The notes under the pieces: model-generated
Databases searched by the model: none
Told to the model about the DNA's origin: nothing
The model's input: only the letters and a program-made list of their open reading frames with translations
In this document: positions 1-14,683 of the stretch, one piece after another
How positions within the stretch are numbered: the first letter of the stretch is position 1
Layout of the letters: each line of letters opens with the position of its first letter
DNA from: Eledone cirrhosa
Taxonomy: Eukaryota
Assembly (NCBI GenBank): GCA_964016885.1
Contig: OZ024746.1
Coordinates: 65,844,001 to 65,908,000, forward strand
Length of the DNA stretch: 64,000 nt
Reading direction: 5' to 3'
Position numbers and translations under genes: made by a program

Positions 1-596
1 CGAACATCCATTGAATTTTAGGACATTTATATGAATATGAATATCAGCCATGCTAACATTAATATATTATAGGAACTTGCAATGATATTATCAGTAAAAC
101 GTGATAAGATCAGTATTTATTAGATTAGGAAAGAATTTCGTAATACTTTCATTTTAGAATATTAAGCAATTTATAATTAAATCGTGAATTATCTTTGCTA
201 ACACTTCGTGAAAGCAGAGGTGCATACACGTAGCTACTTATGCATATACAGTCTCATGCTCAGACCCACATGGATCTATACGTACATATTCACCCGTGGA
301 GTGTTTGCGCCAGTGTATGTATGTGTGCATAAGTATCTCTGTGTATATATATAATCTAGTAGGACAAATAATTGTAAATGCAAAAAAGATTTATTGATTT
401 TTAGCTAAATATGGATCCAACAAAATCATGCTATTCTATAGAAAAGAAAATTATAATTGCTCTTCTTCAAAAATTCTTTTGTGAAATACAGACTGAATAT
501 TTTAATATAACATTCGCAACAAACCACGATCCGTAATTCTGGAATCATGGTATATATTGCATAATGTGACGCCCCCAATCATCAGATTCTATAAAC

Positions 597-667
<71 letters not shown>

Positions 668-671
<4 letters not shown>

Positions 672-1357
672 AAATGGAGTGAAAGCAAGCATGGTGGGGG
701 GTCGTTTTCCTCATCAGTTGTCTACGTGGGGTCTCGGATATTTCTACGCTTTAAAGACGAGATATCCACCACCCAGGGCGTCAATAACTGGGTAAGTTAT
801 TGGGAAAACGGAGGAGGGAGGGAAGGAAAACAAAAGGGAAGAAAAGAGAAAACAGTGAAAAAACACTGAAAAACACAACAAACCAAGCAATGTGCGAGCA
901 ACTTAAGGTAAGAAAATCCAAGACCACACGATAACAGAACTTAAGTTCAAGACTGAGTGGTCAATAGAGAAAAGAAACACCTCTGAACCCCCTCGCTGAC
1001 CCTCTAGTAGTTCTTTTCTCACAACTGCTGGGATCAGACATGTGTCTTTTTTCTCTCGACCACTTAGTCATAAACTTAAGTTCTCTTATCATGTGGTCTT
1101 GGATTTTCTTACCTTAAGTTGCTCGCATATTTCTCGGTTTGTTGTGTTTTTCGCTGTTTTTTCACTGTTTTCTCTTCTCTTCCCCTTTATTTTTCTGCGC
1201 TCCCTCCGTTTTCTCAATAACCTGTCCAGTTATTGACGCCCTGGGCGGTAGATATCTTGTCTTTAAAGCGTAGGAATATCCCAGATACCCAGCAGACACC
1301 TGAGGAGGAAACTCCACCCCGTTCTTGCTTTCTTCTTATTCCCACTCCATTTTAAGA
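668..1357. mobile_element. Foldback non-coding element in (TA)n
   Basis: Arms ~668-980 and ~1042-1357 are diverged reverse complements (e.g. acccagggcgtcaataactgg / ccagttattgacgccctggg). Both ends abut (TA)n. Confidence 0.8.
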
Positions 1358-1601
1358 TATATATATATATATATATATATATAAGCAAAGGGATATCTAA
1401 TTTGTTGGTAATTCAACAAATATATATATTTATAACAGATTGGAAGGTTTTCTGGAATATAATATCAATGATATTAATAATAATAATAAATGGAGACTAT
1501 ATTTATTCTATTATATATATTTCAAGGGTATATCCAGGTGAAACTTGAACTGTTAAGGTCTCACTCCTGGATAAACCAAACTTTGTATAAACCAAACTTT
1601 G

Positions 1602-1661
1602 TATTTTATCTGATGAGAGCGAACCACGTGTTCGTACCCTTGAAATATATATAATAGAATA
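1602..1661 (+). ncRNA. Minimal type I hammerhead ribozyme (family A)
   Basis: Stem I tattttat/atagaata, core CTGATGA, partly decayed stem II, GAAA, palindromic tatatata stem III, AUA cleavage triplet. Confidence 0.7.
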
Positions 1662-1683
1662 AATATAGTCTCCATTTATTAAT

Positions 1684-1867
1684 TGTTTCTACTTTAGGCA
1701 CAAGGCCAGCAAATACCCAGTGCATTACTGGTACTTTATTTTATCGACCCCGTAAGGATGAAAGGCAAAGTCAACCTCGGCGGGATTTGAACTCAGATCG
1801 TAAAGGGACGTAACTATGTTGGAAAGCATGGCGTCCGACTCTCTACCGATACTGCCAATCCACCGCC
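1684..1867 (-). mobile_element. tRNA-derived SINE, full length, 19-bp TSD
   Basis: A box TGGCAGTATCGG, B box GAGTTCAAATCC, central gcctttcatccttacggggtcgataaaataaagtacc. TSD atagtctccatttattaat at 1665-1683 and 1868-1886. Confidence 0.92.
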
Positions 1868-1886
1868 ATAGTCTCCATTTATTAAT

Positions 1887-1940
1887 ATAATATATATATA
1901 TATATTATATATAATATATATATATATATTATATATATAT

Positions 1941-1971
<31 letters not shown>

Positions 1972-2184
1972 ATATATATATATTATATATAATATATATA
2001 TATATATAATATATATATATTATATATAATATATATATATATATATAATATATATATATTATATATAATATATATATATTATATATAATATATATATATA
2101 TATAATATATATATATTATATATAATATATATATATATATAATATATATATATTATATATAATATATATATATATAATATATAT

Positions 2185-2241
<57 letters not shown>

Positions 2242-2257
2242 TAATATATATATATAA
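1887..2257. repeat. Interrupted (TA)n microsatellite
   Basis: Pure A/T tract with recurring TATAA/ATTA interruptions. Confidence 0.95.
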
Positions 2258-2860
<603 letters not shown>

Positions 2861-3907
2861 AATGATTATGCGGGCCTGATTATAAATGACATTTTCGTTA
2901 AAAAATGGCATACATTGTTTATCAACACAATAGGTACCAGTAATATGATGTGCTTTATACACCAATACTAAAAATTAATTGAACAATATGAAAAGATATC
3001 CATAATCTCAATGCGTTTTTTTTGTTTTGTTTTTTTAGTTGATAAATGCAACGTTCGAAATAACTAGTCATGTGTTTGATAAAATAAAATAAAAAAGGAA
3101 AGACGAAAACTGTTCTTCTATAGAAATAACGGATATGTATAGCAATTCTTTACAAGATCTGACCAACTATATTACAATAAACAAAACTAAAAGAAAGATG
3201 TTCAATATATTACACAAATAAGTTTTGAAATTCACTTTAGTTTGAGTTGGATTTTGTTACGTTTTTATTTTATTTTGATGTATTTTGTTATTTTAAAGGA
3301 ATTTATTTGTATTTCCAAAGCCTATACCAATAATTTTTTTTTTCTCTTTTCCTTTAACATCGTTTTCCCTTTTTTGAAAACACGAAATTCTACTGATGTC
3401 GAAAGACTTGCTCCAGCGTGTTTCAGTTAACTACCGAAGCAAATTCATATTCAGTAAAATGAGAAAATAATTGGAGTATAGCGATTCTTTCATTAAAAAT
3501 AACATTTGATTGACGCAACGAAAAGACACAATCCTCTCATAGAAAGCTTCAAAACCGTAAGACATTTGTCACGTGATTGCGCCAAGTTTGGTGATGAAAA
3601 GAGAAAAAAACAGTAACTGCGTTATTATATTCTGCACACCCAACCAGTATTTCTGCAAAACCGAAAGATAATTTAAAAAAAAAAAAAAAAAATAGCACAA
3701 GAGAAGAATGAAAATAACGATTTCTATTATTGAACTTGCATTTCTCTTGGGCAAGTTTTCTGAAAAAGAACTTCCATATATTTTCATTCTATGTGTTTGT
3801 TTCCCGTTTCTTGGGTTTTAAAAGCAGAAGAAGCGTTGATATTTTCAATTTTCGAATGTTGAAATTGCTTCTCTCAAAGTGAGAGATAGAAATCGAGAAG
3901 AGCGAGC

Positions 3908-3951
<44 letters not shown>

Positions 3952-4290
3952 CAGAGAGAGAGAGAAGGGGGAGAAAGGGAGAGAGAGATGTGGATTAGGG
4001 GAGAACAATAGATGTATTGTGGAGTAGAGCAATAGGAATATATAACTAAACTTCTACATCTACACAGAAGATTGGGAGATTAAAACTATTTAATGATCTA
4101 TAAATACATGCATATATACATACATACAATGAAATAAAATATAATTGGATATCGGGTTCGGTTATTCTATAAATTATGAAAGCCTAATTTTACTAGTATT
4201 GATTGAGTTAAATGCTTTTTATTTATATATTTTCATGTTTCCTCAGTACTTAACTAATGATATATATATATATATATATACATATATATA

Positions 4291-4857
4291 ATTGATGGTT
4301 TTATGAATTATTAGATAACATATATTCAGTCTTTCTTCACCCTAGTCCGTAGAAATCAACCAGATTAATAATCATTTAAACGGAGCTCTAAGTTTAAAAT
4401 GTAACTATAAAGAAATAATAGACAAATGATACAGACTATTTTCCGCAAGGAACAGTCAGAAAAAATTTATCTAGTCTTTTCTCTTAGCCCTTAGAAATTA
4501 ACTAGACAAATAATCAATTAAACAGAGCTAAGTCTAAAATATAAGTTAGAAGACGAAAATGCATATACACTTTACCAACATTCCTCTAGTCCCGACTATC
4601 GATGGTTTCGGCCATACTTTGTGGATATTGATTATTTGTCTAGTTAATTTCTACGGGCTAAGAGGAAAGACTAGATACATTTTATCTGACTCTTCCTCGC
4701 GGAAAATAGTGAATATCGTGTGTCTATTATTCCTTCATAGTAACATTTTAAACGTATAGCCCCGTTTAAATGATTATTTATCTAGTTGATTTCTACGGAC
4801 TAGGGTGAAGAAAGATTGGATATATTTTATCTAATAATTCTTCAAACTTGCAATTTT
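4291..4857. mobile_element. Foldback element with internally duplicated arms
   Basis: ~4300-4517 and ~4628-4845 are diverged reverse complements. Each arm holds two related ~145-bp units. TA-rich flanks. Confidence 0.75.
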
Positions 4858-4992
4858 ATATATAGCTCTGATTAATAATTATTTGCTTAATTAAATTTTT
4901 CATTGAGCCACACCGTGAAAGGTAGCCACACTCATATATGTATCTGTGACTATGTCTAAATATATGTCTAAATATATACATACATCCCTATG

Positions 4993-5077
<85 letters not shown>

Positions 5078-5079
5078 TA

Positions 5080-5256
5080 TGTTCAAGACCCCCACGGCAG
5101 AGCTCAAGCCATTTCGACGGGTTTTTCTGGACACAATGGCTTGAGCTCTGCCGTCGGGGTCTTGAACAGTTTCCTATTTCACACTCTACTACCCTAAGTA
5201 TTGAGTACTCTTGTGCGTTATGGTCCATCTGGTTCCTTACCACACTTCCTTCGTTA
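5080..5256 (+). mobile_element. Family C element (hairpin of HHR 3' halves plus 3' tail)
   Basis: Hairpin gaccc.acggcagagctcaagcc...ggcttgagctctgccgtcggggtc. Tail shared with 5718-5795 (inverted), 46300-46390 and 34230-34256. Confidence 0.75.
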
Positions 5257-5526
5257 TATATATATATGACAGATGTATTTTAATTATGTCTCATATAAAA
5301 TAATACAACTGGCTATCCGCAAAATACGTATAGTTTGCACCCCAAACGTATAATTGGGATTATACTAAGGTATATCCTAATGTTTGTTGAGTGAGACGGA
5401 AGCCGGTCAGAGTATTGTTTAAAGCTTTCTCTGTTAATGTATTAAATATATATATATATATAGTGGTAGAACACTGGAAGGTAATATCCGTGGTGGAAGA
5501 GCACTCAGTCCATAGGACGAGTTAGG

Positions 5527-5596
<70 letters not shown>

Positions 5597-5717
5597 TTCT
5601 CCCGAATGAAACAGACTTGTCCTGTAAAAAGCATTTATATATTAAATATTTATATTCTGCTTTGTATTGAGTACCTTACTTACAGTGTTTACCCTCGATT
5701 GAACCCTGGATGAACTT

Positions 5718-5947
5718 ATATAACGAACGAAATGTAGTAAGGAACCAGATGGACCATAACGCACCAAAGTACTCAATAGTTAGGGTAGTAGAGTGGCAAT
5801 CACTTTTACCATATCAGGAATTACCCCCTGAGAAGTTCGGCTATTCACTTACCAGGCTAAACATTTTCATTTAGTCCAGAATTAGCCGTCGAAACGGCTT
5901 GAGCTCAGCCGTCGGGGCTTGAGCTCAGCCGTCGGGGTCCTACTTAT

Positions 5948-5950
<3 letters not shown>
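5718..5950. mobile_element. Family C element with HHR-like motif at 5823-5917
   Basis: acccc-CTGAGAA-(g..cggcta...tagccgtc)-GAAA-cggc ttgagctca gcc-GTC-gggg. Core degenerate; 20-bp duplication of stem III; inverted tail on the left. Confidence 0.7.
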
Positions 5951-5988
<38 letters not shown>

Positions 5989-6254
5989 CATATCTCAAGA
6001 TCAATGGCGATGAATTACTATTACGAGCTTTTTGATATGAAATCGTGTGTCGAAACAAATAATATTATACTCAACATCTATTGTTATCTCAACTTCTAAG
6101 TACACATATGTGTCTCTATTAAATTAACATTTATATTTATTTTTACATCTATCATCACGTTGTCGTATCTATGTATGTTTATCACTATTCGTGTATGGTA
6201 TTTCTACGTGGAAGCACATGTTCGTACTGCACTCTTTGTTATTGTTTTTTTTTA

Positions 6255-6301
<47 letters not shown>

Positions 6302-6770
6302 CTTACTTAACACTTTATATATGTATTAATACTACTACACCAAACGACCAGCCTTGTCCATTGTTCAACTTGTCAAATATAGATTAAAATAAGCTCTCCC
6401 AAAAATTCTTATTTAGATAAAATATGCCATATACTCATTTTATTCTCATTAAAAACCTTCTATATACTTGTTTACAAGCAAATTGAATTGCCATCTGTCA
6501 TATACTATCCCTTCTCTTCTTCCTTTCTTACAACTAATATAAATACTTTGATTTTTCTGATTTTTTCCAATTTATCCAATATCTCTGAAGAAGTGACAAC
6601 TGATTATACATTTGCTATCGAATACTTGCTAACATTTTACGATTACGCAAGCAGCGATAGATAGGTAATCCGTATGTTACATAAACATATGTCAATACCT
6701 TAATAAATTTCTTTATAAAAGCACTTTCATTTTATATTCATCTTTTCTATATATATATATATATATATAT

Positions 6771-7084
6771 TAGAAAGTGAGGTTTTTTTTTTACAAAATG
6801 AAAAATAACCGAGGTGTCCTACACGAGTGAAAGTATAAAGAAAAAGAGATGAAATCGAAAATGCAACTGAAGTCTTATTTTTAAAAAGAATATATATATT
6901 TATTTGGTTCCTTTACCGGTTTCGCAGTTCTTCTGCTTTTCATGTGAGAAAAACCACAGACCCTCCATCTCAACTCACCTTTTGAAAAGCAGAATAACTG
7001 CGAAACCGGTAAAGGAACCAAATAAATATATATATTTAATAAAAAAATAAGACTTCAGTTGCATTTTCGATTTCATCTCTTTTT

Positions 7085-7090
<6 letters not shown>
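6771..7090. mobile_element. Family D foldback element
   Basis: Arms 6834-6942 and 6983-7090 are near-perfect inverted repeats inside (TA)n. Related copies at 13870-14017 and 51781-51930. Confidence 0.85.
6978..7015 (+). ncRNA. Minimal hammerhead, U3-A8 core variant (family D)
   Basis: cctt-TTGAAAA-gcag aataa ctgc-GAAA-ccgg-TA-aagg. Palindromic ACCGGT stem III, GUA triplet. Confidence 0.75.
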
Positions 7091-7162
<72 letters not shown>

Positions 7163-7489
7163 GTTCCAGGGCTTTCACGGAATATATATAGTAGTTCCAG
7201 GGCTTTCACGTAACTAAAAACAATATATTGTATAATACGCCGATTTATTTAGTGTTTCAAACTTCTCTTCAATAACAGCTGATATATATATTTTGCACAT
7301 TGCAAACTCTGGTTCTTGCCCCAACGGGAGATGAGAAATTACACGAAAACTCAATGCTGAATAAATATTTATTCAATCTGCATAACAGTACTAAATACAT
7401 TTTCGTTGGATTGCCATTCACTGGAGTAGCAATATGCAAGCACATATCTCTCTAGCTTTCTATCTGCCGGTCTGTTTATTTATCTATCA

Positions 7490-7504
7490 ATCTATCTATC
7501 TATA

Positions 7505-7579
<75 letters not shown>

Positions 7580-7580
7580 G
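7490..7580. repeat. (TCTA)n microsatellite
   Basis: Tetranucleotide run. Confidence 0.95.
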
Positions 7581-9744
7581 TGTATGTTTCTTTGCTTATC
7601 AATCTATCTCTCTATCTAACATTGTATTCATTTATTTATCTAAATATCTACGGGCCTCCGTAACTATGTGACATAACTTTGTATCTAACTGCATCTATCT
7701 ATTTATTAATGTTCATTTATTTTACACACGATAAAGAGGCTTACAAATACCAAAACAATAATGATATTCAGTTCTTTAGGTGGTATTGTGTGGGATTGTG
7801 GTGTATTCACACCTTCGATTTATATAACAAAACTGATTCTATAGGCAAAAAATATTGCCAAACATGTTACAATTCAAAACGGACCAAATTCTGTAAAACG
7901 TATATAAATCTCTATTTTCTGCCCCCTTCTCTTTCTCCTGTATCTTTCCTCCTCCCCCCCTTTCTCTTATATACATATGTTTTCCACATATATATATTTA
8001 TATATACATAAACACATATACACACTTACGCAAGCATTTTAAGTGTTTCTTATTAGAGAATTTGATGACGCTTTCCATAAATGTTTGAAGGTGTTAAAAA
8101 ATAAACAGGTGAATTAACTATGGTGGTCTCAGCTGGTACCTGTTCTCCATTCTTGTAGTAGTGACCAGGAAGCGCACAACAAAGGTGGGTTCTGTGGACA
8201 ATGCACACCTATTTATAACAAGCGTTACTCAAGTAACATATCGTACTTTTGTGGCGTTGATGAGAGTACTATGTGCAATTTCAACAGTGAAATAATGTCA
8301 CTTTCGACGTATCGGTTGACTTGTTGCAGACGAATTTGGATTAAATGTTCAAGGAAAATTTACGATCCTGTCTCTGCCGACAGGAGGCAGGATGCATAAT
8401 CATTGCTAACAAGGAATTCACTAAACTGGAAGGTATGATTTGCATAACTAGTAAGCTGTTGCCAACTGTTTCAATTAATTTATCAATGATATGCTAATCA
8501 TTATGGTTTGCATAAAATTACATTGGATTTACAAAATGTGGTTCATAATGTTTCATAAACACAACACCTAGTCCCATATTACGTTTTCTAAATTGATTAA
8601 AATTACAATTAATTATAAATATAACAAATGCATTAATTACCCTTGCTTTTTTCAATACCTTTATAATGGTTGTTTCGACACTTATTGCATGAATAATCAC
8701 TACGTCTCGAAGGATTTTAATCTAACCTTAGTACATACGTGGATGTTTGACGCGGTGAGCCGAAAATATTTTTTTTTACAAATTGTAATTATAATGGCGC
8801 ATGGGAGGATGGGGAATCTATTAGTATCAATGAATTTTGTTCTAAGAAATGGCACGGGCGTGAACTCTTACATTTCAATCGTCGGAAAAATAAATTAAGT
8901 TATTCAGGGTAAAACCAGATCGTGGTGGATACGATGACCACTACAGACTTATTTATACCTTATTGGTCCTCCTAAATAAATCATTATCGACATGAAGTGG
9001 CTTGATCACAGAGGCATTCTGAGAAAATTCAGAATGATTATCATATGGTATGCTCAGGCTTCTATAATTGGCGTTTGTGATTGGAAAATAAGTTTTATTC
9101 AATTAATCTATTGCCGCAATGAATGCAAAATATGTTATTCTTCATCAAAATTAATTTCACAGCTGACAAGGGAGTACATTTTTGAAAGTTTAATTGACCT
9201 AAATTTTTAAGGAAATTAGGCAGCTGAAATGAGGCTGAAATATACATACAGCCTAATTATATATTCTTCAGTTCAGTTTATAATCATGTCATTGCTTCAG
9301 TGAAGAGGGACAATAAAACTAAAACTTATCTGTCAACATCGCTACCAAAAACCAGACAAATTCCCTCATGCATAACTTTAATTAATTTTTGTTCGTTTAG
9401 AATGTTGGGATTTTTATATTTTGGCCTTTGGGGAATAAATTTCAGTACCTCTAATAGATTTCATTCTCACTCCGGTTATATATTCGATCGATTAAAAATA
9501 ATTTTCATGTGACATATCAAACATAATAGTCACCCTTAAATATATAATCTGAAAAAAATATTTTGAAATTTTCTAATACTATTTTCAATATTTACACACA
9601 CACAAACTCGCATACAACCGTACGCACAAACACGCACACATACACACAGAGTTATGCAAAGACAGACACTTGCACACATACGTACACGCATGGATATATA
9701 GGCGGACAGAAAAACATATGCACACACACATATAAACATATCAT

Positions 9745-10150
9745 TATCATCGCGTTTACGTTCGCTTTTCCATGCTTTCATGTACTGGACGGGTTCTTCT
9801 CAGCTCGACAGCTCTCTTTGTGAGAGCTGCCTTCAATTTGAAGTCAGCTCTCACATCCTATGCTCAGGTCTTTCTTGGTCGTTCTCTTCTGCGGCTTCCT
9901 TCCACTGGGATTTCCTGGCATTTCTTCACCCATCGGTAATTCACATGTACATCATATATCCATACCAACACAGTTTCCTCTCCTGCACGCCAACTCGGAT
10001 TCCCCTTAAACACATCTTCTCACTCAGCTCATCAAAGCTCTCACTTTCTCTCACATTTAAATTGCACATCCAACGAAACATGGTTGCTTACTTTCTCCCC
10101 ACTCTATACATGTCCTTTGCAGTCACCGCCAATGTTTCACTATCATGCAG
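9745..10150 (-). mobile_element. Decayed RTE LINE 3' fragment
   Basis: Minus-strand translation gives FRWMCNLNVRE...LRGIRVGVQERKLCWYG, homologous to ORF 19359-19757. Confidence 0.7.
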
Positions 10151-12789
10151 CATCGTGCACCACACCGCCTTCCTTTTGTACGTAGGGAGAAACCTTTTTT
10201 TTTTAACGGTGGGAGTAGTTCTCTAAACTTCTTCCATCCTATACTTATTGAAGCTATTATATTCTCGGCGCAACCCCCCTCCTGCTAATTAGGTCACCTA
10301 TATAACAAAAGCTTTCAACCACGTCTATGCTTCCTTCATGGAACTGGAAAAGGTATATATTATTAGCACTCTTGCTCTTGATTTCTCCTGTGCATCTTCT
10401 ACATACAAAGTTCTCCCTTCCTCTTAGTCTAGTCGTTTTCCTACTATATATTTTATGAAACCACGATTTTACATTAGGAAAATTGTATGGTGTTTATGCC
10501 TACCCCTTTTCTGCATATTGAGCGTGGCCACTTGGGAATCTGGATCGTATCTTCTCTCTTATTCTCTAGCACTTTAGTTTAGGCTATCTTTCCTCTCAGA
10601 CTTTCTAATTCCACATTTAGTTTCCACAATCGGAATTTATTCCCTAGTTCTTTTGAAATAAATATTCATCTAATGTTTCGGTCTATGTACCGGAATAAAG
10701 ATATCCATACACCTACTTTCATAACAATAGAATAGCAAGTGTAAGTCACATGTCCCATTGTAGCAGGTTCAATAATGTGATATGTCTTATATATATGTGC
10801 ACATGTGTCCTATTTTCACATATTAGCGTATGCACATGATTCACATGTGCATATAATTCAAATGTGCACATATTTCCCATATGAACATATTTCATACGAG
10901 CACATATTTCAGATATATGCATATTGCATGCTGGTATAGAATTAATAAAAGACCAGATGAGAAAGAATCCTCATATTGGTATACAACTTTGTATTGAAAA
11001 TAAACCCTGTCTGATACAAGATAGAAGATTCTTTAAACATATATATTTGGATTGCATTCAATTCTGTTTATTCTACTTTGTCTAAATTATTTAGACAAAT
11101 AGAAGAACTGGACAATGTTCCAAGTAAATGAATCAATTATAGATATTTTGTTTGGCACCCCGCCAATTCACTATAATTCTTTAACGATTCCATCAGCGAT
11201 TTTCTGCGTTACTAAAGAATACATCAAAGTTATTTAAAATACATGAACTTTTTACATGCTATTTAAAATTTAATTTTGTTACCACCTCTACCTTCAAAAG
11301 TTTAACAGCTAATAGAATGCAGTAACATAATTAAACGATTTCTCCTCGTAATATTCTTTTCGGTTAAAATTACACACTGTTCCTCGATTTTATATTGCTA
11401 GACCACGCAGCAAAAAAGATTTCCAATAAGCGTAAACAAATGATGCAAATTGTTTTTATCAACAAGAAAATTATAAAATAATGGATGAATCTGATATTTT
11501 TTCTTTTCAAATGTGTTTTAAACATAGAGAACTGAAAAAGGTATATACTATTAGCTATATTTAGTTGCATTTATCTCCGTTTAGTATTAGTTATTTAAAA
11601 ATCATTTATCAGCTAGGCAAGAGGCTCAGGTTGAGCATTTGCTGCTTTTATTATCACACGTGTAGCAACTGGACACTCTGCAATGCAACACCAGTCTGAC
11701 TCATTTCCTCAATGGAGCTATGTGCGTGGATAGCATTACGATCTCGAGGAGTTTTAAAGGCTTGCATATTTATAGATACCCTAACAAGAGCTTGCCCTAA
11801 GCTGTAATAAACATTCTAACCAATTCCAATGTATTTAATGAAGTCAAATGTAGATTTTAACTATATCTAACAAGAGTATTGTGAGGTTGATCCTATGCAC
11901 GCAAGATTACTGTAAAAGAATTAACAGGTAAGGTATATTGTCACGTTTTTCTTGTTGGAGTATGTTTTTGTTGGTAGTTGTTCAGCTGTTGCTACTGGGG
12001 AGGTTGTGGTGCCTCAGTTGCTGTTGTCCTGCAGGGGTACCTGTGGTTCCCTGCCTTGCATTGAAGGGTAGAAAGCTCCCAGGTAGCCCGCCTGCTCACA
12101 AAGATGGAAACGATGCTTCTCTTTGTCACTTATGTGGAGTTTTACTCCATCCTACAAGCGAAAAAGCTCTGGGATCTTTCGATTGTTTCTCCCTTGATGT
12201 GGAAGCATGATCCCACACCTGTTTTCTGTTTTAGTACCTTTCTCCCCGCAGAAGGCGTAGCTCCCGAAGAACCATGCAGACCAGATTCCTCAAGATAGCT
12301 GGCTCTGGCAAGATTCCTCCATTTCTGCCGTTTCTTTCCATGTACGAGGGATATATTATGATTGTGTATGTCCGACAGGGGACCACAGACCATTTACGGC
12401 CAGGTCCTGACTCTTAAAGTTTACTGAAAGCGTACGAAATTGTCTGGTTCTAGAAATGTGTTGGATGTCCGGTAATTTAGTCTTCAGTATTCTCAATAAA
12501 TACTTGATTCAGATTTATTGAATCCGCAATGGAAACAGTTGTAGCAGTAGCGAAGATTTTAGCTTCTAGTTCTAGATATTGGGTAGAGTATGGGTCTTAA
12601 TTTCATAAGGTCGAATAAAGAAACGGTTGATGCGTGGTGAACTTGAGAAAGTCGTACCTACATTTCAAGTTGCTTCAATCCCTTAACTGGGGAGAAATAA
12701 GTATTGTCAGCAACAACATCCGAGGATTAAAAACGCGATTGAAAGGTGCCCTGACATGCACTCTCAGGCCTTGTGCCTATATAAGAGAC

Positions 12790-13010
12790 CATTATTGGCA
12801 GTATCGGTATGGTGTTGGACAGACTTTGCGGCTAAAGTTACGACCCTTTGAATGTTGAGTTCAAATACCACTGAGTTAGATGTGCCTTTCATCCTTATTG
12901 GGTCGATCGATAAAATAAAGTACCAGTAATGCATTGAGGTCAATCTAATCGAATTTCCCCTCCCCAAATTTTTTGGGCCTTTTGCCTAAATCAGAAACCA
13001 CCAAAATAAC
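12790..13010 (+). mobile_element. tRNA-SINE, older subfamily
   Basis: A/B boxes and central domain, plus an extra ~30-bp segment before the 3' tail. Confidence 0.8.
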
Positions 13011-13801
13011 ATAATGTGTGATGGTAAAAACGCAACTCTTGCTGCTCCGATTAATCTGATCATGATATAAGCAATCGTCGTCATAATCATATTATTCCTT
13101 TCCCTGTACTCCGCATAGTGATCATTATGTATAAAGATGAGAAAGAAAAGCTGAAATATAAATATAACACCTACCAACCAATTTTGCGTATTATTTTGGT
13201 TATTCAGAATAATCACTCCATTTAGCAGATAAGCGTAGCGTAATATATAGTAGCGAGGGACGAAGCAAAGTGATACAGTATCACTAACTATTATTATTCG
13301 TTTCTATATGGATTGTTTTATTAATTCACTGTACGTAAAAGAACAAACTAGGTGATATTTTTAATGAAACCACTTGCTAGCGCTTATCTATATTTGTTTA
13401 AGGGAAGAAGAAAATAAAAGAAATAAGTCAATCTATAATTATGCTATTCGTATGAAGAAGCTGATTTTTCAGAGAAACCAAACACATTTCTATATTAAAT
13501 GATTATCTAATTATTAGATCTTAGCAAAAGAATTGCTCAAAAATAGTATATTTATAAATGTACTGTCAATCAATTCTTCTTTATTGCGATTTCGCTATCT
13601 GTTCAATATCCTTTAAGCAAATTAGGTCAATAGTTGTGCCAAAGGTCAAGAACCAAGCAAATTAGATCTTATTCATTGTTCGGTTTCCATTTAAAGAGGG
13701 CCGTGCTAACGAAAGTTATGTATTTTTCTATTTATAACAGGAATTCACGTTCTAGTCTTTCGAATAAAATACGGCCAAGTGAGCATGAGTGTTTCATACC
13801 T

Positions 13802-13838
<37 letters not shown>

Positions 13839-13869
13839 TGGTGTGTCTGTGTGTGTGGGTGTGGGGGGG

Positions 13870-14153
<284 letters not shown>

Positions 14154-14154
14154 C

Positions 14155-14189
<35 letters not shown>

Positions 14190-14257
14190 AATATATATAT
14201 GTATATATATTAGTGAAAAAGATCAAAGGAACTATTATGACATTATAACAAGTTTAT

Positions 14258-14303
14258 TGCCGACAGCCGTATCGTCCGACAATATGGTGGGATTTTCAAG
14301 GCA
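14258..14303 (-). ncRNA. Degenerate U3-A8 hammerhead-like motif
   Basis: tgcc-TTGAAAA-stem II-GATA(for GAAA)-cggctg-TC-ggca, then AATAAA. Confidence 0.5.
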
Positions 14304-14493
14304 TATAACATGTGATTGTAAGATCATTATTTACATCAACGTATCACTCAAGACTAGCAGTTTCAAACTGCTAGTCTTATATTTCTAATATTTCTGCTCT
14401 GCTTACACGCATAGAGCTTAACTAGCTACCGTCACATATTTGGTAGGTCAGACGTGATCATCGCGATTCACATACGACCTACCATACATCTTG

Positions 14494-14531
<38 letters not shown>

Positions 14532-14683
14532 TATAGATTTTGAGAAAATGTTGGTTGTATACCAACACTCAGTATGCAGGCTGGAGCACTCGAGGAAGTG
14601 CGCAGGTTGGTTTGGTTACTCCGGAGTAATGTAAAATAAGGTAAAATAAAAAGTCGAATGTTTAAAATTCAGCTCCTTTTATT

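Larger units (their letters stand above)
1381..1886. mobile_element. Family A HHR foldback element, copy A1, interrupted by a SINE
   Basis: 1381-1530 is the reverse complement of the family A 3' end (cf. 22435-22598). A + strand HHR module follows. Confidence 0.8.

Noticed and set aside
1684-1867. Possible tRNA gene (A/B boxes)
   Set aside because: Multi-copy with a SINE body, tail and TSD; no cloverleaf evident.
6575-6670. CTGAAGA followed by hairpins
   Set aside because: No GAAA box or convincing stem II.
8330-8432. AG/GT-bounded exon-like segment
   Set aside because: Stop codons in all three frames and no supporting evidence.
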